Part shown: piece by piece, positions 47,706 to 55,205 of the stretch | How the letters are laid out: every line of letters begins with the position of its first letter | Numbering within the stretch: position 1 is the first letter of the stretch | From: Verrucomicrobiia bacterium | GTDB lineage: Bacteria > Verrucomicrobiota > Verrucomicrobiia > Limisphaerales > Palsa-1400 | Direction: 5' to 3' | DNA: 64,000 bases | NCBI GenBank assembly: GCA_036501665.1 | Contig: DASXZW010000023.1 | Coordinates: 7,181-71,180, forward strand | The notes under the pieces: generated by a model | What the model saw: only the letters and a program-made list of their open reading frames with translations | Told to the model about the DNA's origin: nothing | Databases searched by the model: none | Made by a program: the position numbers and the translations under genes

Positions 47706-48035
47706 TCATGAGTTGGAGATAAACATGTTCGTCGCTCCATTGATGAACGCGCTCGAGTCCATCGGATAATTGGGGTCGTGTTGAGCGTTCGTCACGCAGT
47801 AGTTGATCGACCGCTGGCCAAACCAATTGTTATAGAAATTCAACAACATGCTGGCGCGAAGCGCCCATTGATCCGGACTAAAACTTATTTCCTTTTTGTA
47901 ACCCACGCACGCCCGAGCCCTGATACCGGCGAGAGCGAAGAAATTCGTGTCACGCTGGCCAGACGGAATTCCGAATGCTTCGCAGAGCGGCCCTCCTCCC
48001 GTCATACAGCCATCGAGAAATGCAACGCTACGCAA
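47706..48035 (-). CDS. small Cys-containing hypothetical protein
   Basis: The ORF ends 3 nt before the start of paralog B. TTG start at 48035; first ATG at 48005. No family recognised. Confidence 0.35.
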   Translation of the reverse strand: MRSVAFLDGCMTGGGPLCEAFGIPSGQRDTNFFALAGIRARACVGYKKEISFSPDQWALRASMLLNFYNNWFGQRSINYCVTNAQHDPNYPMDSSAFINGATNMFISNS

Positions 48036-48267
48036 AATTTAAACTTTTGAAGGAACTGATTGATTATTCAACCGACTTCTTGAAAAAAGCAAGTCGTATC
48101 TGTAAAAGCTCTTAGGATGTCAAATTCAGAAGAAGCAATGATATCGCCCCAGGTAATAGCGCCCTTCTGCCCAAGCAAAATTGGACCTCGGTCCCTGGAA
48201 AAAGGCGTGAAACGTGGCTTTTGTAGCTGAATTTCGGCCATTTAACTTTTGAGCGGCCCACGTACGA

Positions 48268-48327
48268 CTCGGAGTCAGAATAGAGTGGGATGCTGTGATC
48301 GCGGACGCCTCGGCGAGGCGTCCCTAC
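48268..48327. repeat. partial, inverted copy of the MITE/REP-like element
   Basis: The reverse complement of 48268..48293 matches 29674..29699 at 24/26 positions. Hairpin GGACGCCTCG-G-CGAGGCGTCC plus CTAC (48303..48327) matches 29708..29732, with a compensated G/C swap in the stem. Confidence 0.7.
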
Positions 48328-48454
48328 CAAAATGTGGGGATTGATTTCAAGTGAGGGGCAAATGTGCCATTTGTACCTGAATTTTGACCGATTACCCCTT
48401 TTTAGGTGCATTCGTTCGGGAAGTCTGTATGGTCGGTGACGAAATGACTAACTC

Positions 48455-50800
48455 ATGCTGCGTTTACTTCTTCGTTTCTGGCTAGTGAGGCTTTTTGCTG
48501 GCTGCCTTTCACGGAGAGGCGTTGGTTTTCTGGCAGGGCCCATGTTGGCGGCGATGGTTCACGCCGCCAACGTGGGGGCCAGCGAGGTTTCGTCCACTAC
48601 CAATCTGCCGACCGCGCGCGCAAATCCTCTGCCTCCGGGCACGGTTCGGATGATTGACAGGCTTCAGAAAATCCGCAGTTCAATCGACCCCAGTGCGAGC
48701 CGGTTTATGAATTTCGAAATGGTGAAAATTCTTCAGACACGTTTCGCTCAGACCGTCAATGTGCAACAGAAGGCGACCGTCGGATTTCAACTCGCGGAAC
48801 AACAATTAATCATCGGGCAATCGGATGCCTGCCTGAAACAAATATCGGATTGTGAATTTCTCCTCACAAACAATAACTTCCGCCTCAACGGCCAGTCGGC
48901 ATCCAAGGTGCGAATGATGATGGCAACGGCGATGCTTCGCATTGGTGAACAGGAAAACTGCCTGAACATGCACAATGCCGAGTCGTGTATTTTTCCGCTT
49001 TCGGCAGCCGCGGTTCACAAACTTCCACGCGGTTCGCAAGGCGCGATTGGTCTGCTCGACCAACAACTTCAGCAATATCCAAATGACCTTTCGGCGCGCT
49101 GGCTTCTTAATGTGGCTTATATGACGCTCGGCGAATATCCCGAGAAGGTCCCTGCGCCGTTGCTGATTCCGCCAAAGACTTTTCAATCGGATTATGACTT
49201 GCCGCGCTTCACGGATATTGCCGGCCCGCTCGGAATCAATGTGAACGGCCTTGCGGGAGGTTGCATTTTGGATGACTTCGACAACGATGGTTTTATTGAC
49301 ATCGTGACTTCGTCCTGGGGGTTTGATGGCACCTTGCATTATTTTCATAATGTCGGCGACGGCCATTTCTCGGATCGCACGGATGCGGCTGGTCTTGGGC
49401 AGTTGATGGGCGGGCTTAACATTTTGCAGACGGATTACAACAACGACGGCCTCCTCGATATTCTGGTACTTCGCGGCGCATGGAATGGCAAAGCGGGGCG
49501 GGTCCCCCCGTCTTTGCTGCGGAACAATGGCGACGGGACTTTTACGGATGTGACCGAGGAGGCGGGGCTTTTGAGCGCGCACCCGGGCCAGACGGCGGTG
49601 TGGTTTGATTACGATGGCGATGGCTGGCTTGACTTGTTCCTCGGACATGAAAGCTCAGATGCCAAAGATCCGGATTTGTCGGAGCTTTATCATAATAATC
49701 ATGACGGGACTTTCACGGAGGTTTCCGCGGCTTGTGGTTTGAATATCAATCGCTTCGTCAAAGGGGCGACCACCCTGGATTACGACAATGATGGCAGGCC
49801 CGATCTTTACGTCTCGTGTCGCGGCGGCGTGAATCTGCTTTTACACAACGATGGGCCGGATGCTTCAGGCCAGTGGAAGTTCTCCGATGCCACCAAAAAA
49901 GCCGGAGTGGCTGCCGCCCTGACCTTTCCCTGCTGGTCGTTCGATTATGACAACGACGGATGGGAAGACATTTTCGTATCAGGTTATTCGGTGACGGGCG
50001 TCGGCGATGTCGCGGCGGATTATCTCGGCTTACCGAATTCGGGGGTGCCGCCCAAGCTCTACCATAATAATCACGATGGCACGTTCACCGATGTGACTGA
50101 GCAGATGGGGCTCAATCACGTCTTCCTCACGATGGGATGCAATTTCGGCGATCTCGACAACGACGGGTGGCTGGACTTTTATCTGGGAACGGGAAATCCT
50201 GATTTGACGATGCTCGTCCCCAATCGGATGTTTCGCAATGACGAGGGGAAAAAATTCCAGGATGTGACGACTGCGGGGGGCTTTGGCCATTTGCAAAAGG
50301 GGCATGGCGTTGGGTTCGCGGATTTTGAGAATAACGGGAACCAGGATGTCTATGAAGTCATGGGCGGCGCGTTTGTCAGCGACACTTCCTTCAACGTGCT
50401 TTACCACAATCCGGGCAGCACCAATCGCTGGCTCAAGTTGAAACTGGAAGGGATCAAATCCAACCGGGCCGCCATCGGGGCGCGCATCAATGTCACGGTT
50501 CAGACGCCGAATGGGCCGCGGCATATTTACAGGACTGTCACGAGCGGCAGCAGTTTTGGCAACAACCCGCTTCGCCAGGAAATCGGCCTGGGGAATGCGA
50601 CGAAAATTGAAAGCGTTGAAGTCAAATGGCCGGCCTCGGGAATTCAGCAGGACCTGACGGGATTGGAACTCGACCATTTTTATCACGTTCGCGAAGGCGA
50701 CGCCAAAGCAACGCTCGTTGAACTCAAGCGGATGCACTACGATCTGACTGCCGCGCCAAAGGTGGCGCCGATGAAGATGGCGATGCCGGGGATGCAGTGA
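48455..50800 (+). CDS. CRTAC1-family protein: N-terminal helical/TPR-like region + FG-GAP repeats + ASPIC/UnbV
   Basis: 781 aa. FG-GAP motifs (DDFDNDGFIDIV, DYNNDGLLDILV, DYDGDGWLDLFL, DYDNDGRPDLYV, DYDNDGWEDIFV, GDLDNDGWLDFYL). ASPIC motif AIGARINVTV...SGSSFGNN...VKWPASG. Confidence 0.85.
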   Translation: MLRLLLRFWLVRLFAGCLSRRGVGFLAGPMLAAMVHAANVGASEVSSTTNLPTARANPLPPGTVRMIDRLQKIRSSIDPSASRFMNFEMVKILQTRFAQTVNVQQKATVGFQLAEQQLIIGQSDACLKQISDCEFLLTNNNFRLNGQSASKVRMMMATAMLRIGEQENCLNMHNAESCIFPLSAAAVHKLPRGSQGAIGLLDQQLQQYPNDLSARWLLNVAYMTLGEYPEKVPAPLLIPPKTFQSDYDLPRFTDIAGPLGINVNGLAGGCILDDFDNDGFIDIVTSSWGFDGTLHYFHNVGDGHFSDRTDAAGLGQLMGGLNILQTDYNNDGLLDILVLRGAWNGKAGRVPPSLLRNNGDGTFTDVTEEAGLLSAHPGQTAVWFDYDGDGWLDLFLGHESSDAKDPDLSELYHNNHDGTFTEVSAACGLNINRFVKGATTLDYDNDGRPDLYVSCRGGVNLLLHNDGPDASGQWKFSDATKKAGVAAALTFPCWSFDYDNDGWEDIFVSGYSVTGVGDVAADYLGLPNSGVPPKLYHNNHDGTFTDVTEQMGLNHVFLTMGCNFGDLDNDGWLDFYLGTGNPDLTMLVPNRMFRNDEGKKFQDVTTAGGFGHLQKGHGVGFADFENNGNQDVYEVMGGAFVSDTSFNVLYHNPGSTNRWLKLKLEGIKSNRAAIGARINVTVQTPNGPRHIYRTVTSGSSFGNNPLRQEIGLGNATKIESVEVKWPASGIQQDLTGLELDHFYHVREGDAKATLVELKRMHYDLTAAPKVAPMKMAMPGMQ

Positions 50801-50913
50801 CATTCTTGATAGCAAGCTGCGGTGCAATGCTGGGTGTAGTTGCCTAAAGGGACGCTCAGCGCGCTGGCGGAAAAAGCGAGCGTCTGGTGAAACTGTTGCA
50901 TTGAGCAAACCAA

Positions 50914-51639
50914 ATGCATCGAGTATTCGGAAGATTAGTGAATACGCAGACAAAACCCCGTCATCATGCGCCATACGCAGTCTGGCTGGCGCTGGCTGTG
51001 TTGGCTGGCACTGTAACATTCATTTTGGCCTTCCAGACGTCGCATCCCAGACTGCCAGTTTACCAGGGCAGGAATCTTTACGAATGGATCGCGCTTCTTG
51101 ACAAGGCCGCCGATCTTCATCCCGCTGACTTTGAGGCAGCGGCGGCGGCCCAATCCGCCATTCGAGCCATCGGAACGAACGCGATTCCGTTTGCAATGGC
51201 GAATCTTGATACGCGCGTCACGGGTATTGATCTGCTGCTCGGCTGGTTGGCCAAACATGCGCGGTTCGTCAACGTCCAACGTAGAGATGTGAGTGAACGA
51301 TGGAAGCTTGGCGCTCAGATCCTCGACATTCTTGGTCCCATTAACGAGCCATATCTGCCGCAGTTGATCGCGAGAGCGACCAATAATCCCGGCTATTCCG
51401 AAGAAGCCATGCTTGCCGTAGGTGAAGCGGCTTTACCGGCATTCACTAATCTCGTCCGTAAGACGCAGTTTCCGGAAACGGGCATTTTGATCAGAACTTT
51501 TACGCGAACCTATTTTTTCTCCGGGCTAAAGCCTGGCTCGGCGGCTGTAGTTTTGCCGTGTCTAACGGACATGGCGCAATCCAAAGATCCAGACGCGGCC
51601 AGAGCTGCCTCTGAGGCCATAAATGCCTTTCGGCATTAG
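50914..51639 (+). CDS. hypothetical membrane-anchored helical-repeat protein
   Basis: N-terminal TM helix (AVWLALAVLAGTVTFILAF), then an alpha-helical, HEAT-like region. Confidence 0.45.
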   Translation: MHRVFGRLVNTQTKPRHHAPYAVWLALAVLAGTVTFILAFQTSHPRLPVYQGRNLYEWIALLDKAADLHPADFEAAAAAQSAIRAIGTNAIPFAMANLDTRVTGIDLLLGWLAKHARFVNVQRRDVSERWKLGAQILDILGPINEPYLPQLIARATNNPGYSEEAMLAVGEAALPAFTNLVRKTQFPETGILIRTFTRTYFFSGLKPGSAAVVLPCLTDMAQSKDPDAARAASEAINAFRH

Positions 51640-51686
51640 TTTAGAGCATTTTAAGTGCAACTGTAGCCACAAATTTTGGTGCGGCA

Positions 51687-51823
51687 GGGGAGCGCGACCG
51701 TCTCGGTCGCATCCGTCGGCGTCTCGCCGACGGAACAATCCAGCACTGCTGCGGCGTGTAAAATATTCGACAAGAGCGTCTGGCGAGACGCCAGACGCGG
51801 CGGTCGAGACGACCGCGCTCCCC
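51687..51823. repeat. 137 bp nested palindromic intergenic element
   Basis: Outer imperfect inverted repeat GGGGAGCGCGACCGTCTCG (51687..51705) and CGAGACGACCGCGCTCCCC (51805..51823). Inner perfect hairpins CCGTCGGCG-TCT-CGCCGACGG (51713..51733) and GCGTCTGGCG-AGA-CGCCAGACGC (51776..51798). Confidence 0.7.
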
Positions 51824-52170
51824 CACAGGCCGTCCGAACCGGGCTGCTACAGCTTAAGTTAAACTGCTCTAGACACAGGGTTTCTCGCGTCTTCGCTTGC
51901 CACCGCAATTGAACTTCTTGAATCGCCGCGGCGTGAAAATAATAGCTGCAATCCACCTTCAGATTGGGCGAAGTCGAGGCACGTGGCATTCCTTATTCTC
52001 AATACTTACAGAAATGATGGATTCGGGCTTTTCGTTGACTGCATGCACAAGTATGATCGCGACTAGCGAAGCCAAACTGCGATGAACATTTGGGAACTTG
52101 CGCCTCAAAATCCTGACCTAGCCTTCGCGAAAGGCTGGTCAAGGCTTTGAAGTCTCACTAATCTCGCGGG

Positions 52171-53580
52171 ATGCTGCTGACGTTGACGACAACGCATCAA
52201 CCTGCGACCGATTTGGGTTATTTGCTGCGCAAAAATCCAGCGCGCCCGCAGTCGTTTGAGCTTTCGTTTGGCAGAGCGCACGTTTTTTACCCCGAAGCAA
52301 GCAACGAACGGTGCGCTGTTGCTTTGCTCGTTGAAGTTGATCCCGTTGGATTGGTGCGGAACCGTCGCGGGCCCTCTGGCGAAGGCGGCGCTTTGGAGCA
52401 ATACGTCAATGATCGACCCTACGCGGCTTCATCGTTTTTGAGTGTGGCGATTGCCGATGTATTTGGCACTGCGTTGGCCGGCAACAGCAAGGAACGGCCG
52501 GACTTGGTGGACGCGCCAATACCACTGCATGTTGCGTTTTCCGCGCTGCCTTGCCGTGGAGGCGAGCAGTTTTTAAGAAAGCTGTTTGAGCCGCTTGGCT
52601 ACAACGTCACTGCAACGCGTTTGCCGTTGGATGACCGATTTCCTGATTGGGGTGAAAGCGCCTATTTTCGGGTTGAATTGGCTGCGACTTTGCCGCTTAA
52701 ACAACTTCTCAGTCACCTTTACGTCCTTGTGCCGGTGCTGGACAACGACAAGCATTATTGGGTTGGCGATGATGAAGTGACGAAGCTGATGCGCCACGGT
52801 GAAGACTGGCTGGGCGCGCATCCCGAACGCGAGGCCGTTGCGCGCCGCTATCTTAAACATCAACGCAGTCTTGTGGATGACGCCCTTACTCAACTGGGTG
52901 ATGAAAGCGAGCCGGACCCGGATTTTGTTGCTGAGTCTCATGCGCAAGAAGAAGAGGCCATAGAAAAGAACATCAGCCTGAACGAACAGCGGCTTGGTTC
53001 TGTAATCGCAGCGCTCAAAGGCAGTAATGCGGCGCGAGTTTTGGACCTGGGCTGCGGTGAAGGCCGGCTCTTGCAATTGTTGCTGAAGGAAAAGCAATTT
53101 GCCGAAATCATCGGCATGGATGTTTCTCATCGCGCGCTGGAAATCGCCAAGGACCGTTTGCATTACGACCGTATGCCTCCCCTGCAAAAGGAACGCCTGC
53201 GCTTGATGCACGGTTCATTAATTTACCGGGACCAGCAACTGGCGGGTTTTGATGCCGCCGCAGTGGTGGAGGTTATTGAGCATCTTGACCCGCCTCGGTT
53301 GGCTGCTTTTGAGCGAGTGTTATTTGAATGCGCGGGGCCTGCGACCATCGTGGTTACGACGCCCAATCGTGAATACAACGTGAAATGGGAAACGCTGCCT
53401 GCGGGCAAATTCCGTCATCGCGACCATCGGTTCGAGTGGACGCGAGCGGAGTTTCAGGAGTGGGCGAACCGCGTGGCTGCTAATTCAGGCTACAAAGCTC
53501 GATTCCTCCCAGTTGGCCCGGAAGATTCGACCGTTGGTTCACCGACGCAAATGGCGATTTTCACCCGGTTCGTGCAATGA
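52171..53580 (+). CDS. hen1: 3'-terminal RNA ribose 2'-O-methyltransferase Hen1 (bacterial type)
   Basis: 469 aa. Characteristic bacterial Hen1 N-terminus MLLTLTTTHQPATDLGYLLRKNP...F.LSFG.AHVFYPEA. C-terminal SAM-MTase motif VLDLGCGEGRLL and EVIEHLD. Confidence 0.85.
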   Translation: MLLTLTTTHQPATDLGYLLRKNPARPQSFELSFGRAHVFYPEASNERCAVALLVEVDPVGLVRNRRGPSGEGGALEQYVNDRPYAASSFLSVAIADVFGTALAGNSKERPDLVDAPIPLHVAFSALPCRGGEQFLRKLFEPLGYNVTATRLPLDDRFPDWGESAYFRVELAATLPLKQLLSHLYVLVPVLDNDKHYWVGDDEVTKLMRHGEDWLGAHPEREAVARRYLKHQRSLVDDALTQLGDESEPDPDFVAESHAQEEEAIEKNISLNEQRLGSVIAALKGSNAARVLDLGCGEGRLLQLLLKEKQFAEIIGMDVSHRALEIAKDRLHYDRMPPLQKERLRLMHGSLIYRDQQLAGFDAAAVVEVIEHLDPPRLAAFERVLFECAGPATIVVTTPNREYNVKWETLPAGKFRHRDHRFEWTRAEFQEWANRVAANSGYKARFLPVGPEDSTVGSPTQMAIFTRFVQ

Positions 53581-55205
53581 AACGGTTATCAAAACAAACC
53601 TGGGATTTGATTCACAAATTGCATGACGATCGAGGTTTTCTGGGTAAGTTGATCGGACGGCAAGAAGCACCGTTATCTGTATTCGATGAAATTGCGTCAT
53701 CAAATGAGTCTCTTGCCATTCCATATCTCACTTCATTTTTGTTAAATAAACAAAACGATGTTCGCAACGCGGCGGCTAGAACGATAGGCCATTTAATTGA
53801 CAACCTGAAACTGAGTGACTTTGCGCAATTAGATGAGGCTTCCAGAAAATACTGGCCGTGCGAATCGTCTGAACCGTCCCAATGGCGTCACATAAAACCA
53901 CATGAGGTAAAACAATTGTGGCGCCTTCCGAATCCAACATCCGTAATTGGCATAACGAGCTTTCATGGTAGCGGATACATTCGTGAGGCAGCAGTTAAAG
54001 AGTTGGCAAATAATTTCGATGGTTCAGAAATGCCTTTTTTGCTCATTCGTTTGAATGATTGGGTGAGTGAAGTTCGTGAAATGGCGGAAACTGCAATTTT
54101 GCAACGCATTCGGTCAGAGTATGCGAGGCACTTCCTGAGAAATTTGCATCTCGTTTTTCGACTGCGTTCATGTGGGCGCAGCCACGATGCTAAAATTGTT
54201 TCTGGCGTCATTGCCTTGCTTCAAGAACCCGGACTCGCACCAATACTTCGCGAAGGCACTCTGTCAACCGACGGTTGGCTTCGCCGTGAATCTTTTAAAA
54301 TAGCGCTCGCGGTAAAATCAGAGCACCGCATAGCTCTTCTCAAAGAGGTGCTTTCGGATGCAGACCCAACAATGCGGCTTTGGGCTGCGCGCCACGTCCT
54401 GCCGCAATTAAATGATGTTGACTTGTTGCCGGTTGTGACTGGCCTAACTCAAGACCGTTCCATGCCTATCCGTTGCGAGGCATTGAGCGTTTTTGTGCAA
54501 CGTTTTCCGAGTGAAAGTCCAGGGAAGCTAAACATCGCCTTGTTGGATGCTTCCTCGTCGGTCCGTGCTACCGCGCGCTTTTGGATCAAAACACAAAATC
54601 CACAATTTAACTTTGCCGAGGTATATAGGAAGTCACTGACCGACTGCACCTCAAAACAGGTGCGCGCCGCGATTCTCGGTCTCGGAGAAACGGGAACTGT
54701 TACTGATGCAGAAGCCGTATTGCCATTTATTGAGGGCCCCGCAGTGGGCATTCAAAAAGCTGCGATTCATGCGCTTGCGGCTCTCGACGGAGATCGCAAT
54801 GTGCCCCACTTTCTCACTGCATTAACGAATGAACATCCCGGAATTTCCAATGAGGCTTCGCGTGCGCTTGACAAAAGAACCTTTTCAATTTTGGATCAAC
54901 TTTACTCGATTTTTAGGAGTCAAAAAACGCTGCACGTCAGAACAAATGTTTTTAAGCTGATGATGAATCTCAACTTTTGGGAGCGAGGTGTTTTTCTGTT
55001 TGAGGCGCTTCGAGATCGGGATGAAAAAATTATCGAGCTTGGGAGTCGTGCATTACGACTTTGGCTCCTCAAATCACGAAATATTGCGACGCCTCCCAGT
55101 AAAAGCGTTCTTAAGCACCTTAACAACGCGCTGAAAGCATCGGCAGGAATGCTCGAATCCCCTGACGTTCGAGAATTTGAATTTTTACTGCGCAGTTTCA
55201 AATGA
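53577..55205 (+). CDS. HEAT/ARM-like repeat protein of unknown function, translationally coupled between hen1 and pnkp
   Basis: 542 aa. ATGA start/stop overlaps occur at both ends (53577..53580 and 55202..55205). Recurrent HEAT-like helical motifs: DVRNAAARTIGHL, IREAAVKELAN, DPTMRLWAARHVL, MPIRCEALSVF, SSSVRATARFW, QVRAAILGLGE, IQKAAIHALAAL, ISNEASRAL. Confidence 0.75.
   Translation: MKRLSKQTWDLIHKLHDDRGFLGKLIGRQEAPLSVFDEIASSNESLAIPYLTSFLLNKQNDVRNAAARTIGHLIDNLKLSDFAQLDEASRKYWPCESSEPSQWRHIKPHEVKQLWRLPNPTSVIGITSFHGSGYIREAAVKELANNFDGSEMPFLLIRLNDWVSEVREMAETAILQRIRSEYARHFLRNLHLVFRLRSCGRSHDAKIVSGVIALLQEPGLAPILREGTLSTDGWLRRESFKIALAVKSEHRIALLKEVLSDADPTMRLWAARHVLPQLNDVDLLPVVTGLTQDRSMPIRCEALSVFVQRFPSESPGKLNIALLDASSSVRATARFWIKTQNPQFNFAEVYRKSLTDCTSKQVRAAILGLGETGTVTDAEAVLPFIEGPAVGIQKAAIHALAALDGDRNVPHFLTALTNEHPGISNEASRALDKRTFSILDQLYSIFRSQKTLHVRTNVFKLMMNLNFWERGVFLFEALRDRDEKIIELGSRALRLWLLKSRNIATPPSKSVLKHLNNALKASAGMLESPDVREFEFLLRSFK

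Noticed and set aside
47706-48035. The N-terminal ...VAFLDG... of this small ORF looked like the H-X9-DG tail of a pseudopilin-like protein, suggesting a truncated pseudogene.
   Set aside because: There is no His at the right spacing and a stop lies immediately upstream. About 100 further residues follow that do not resemble that family, and no upstream frame carries a prepilin N-terminus.
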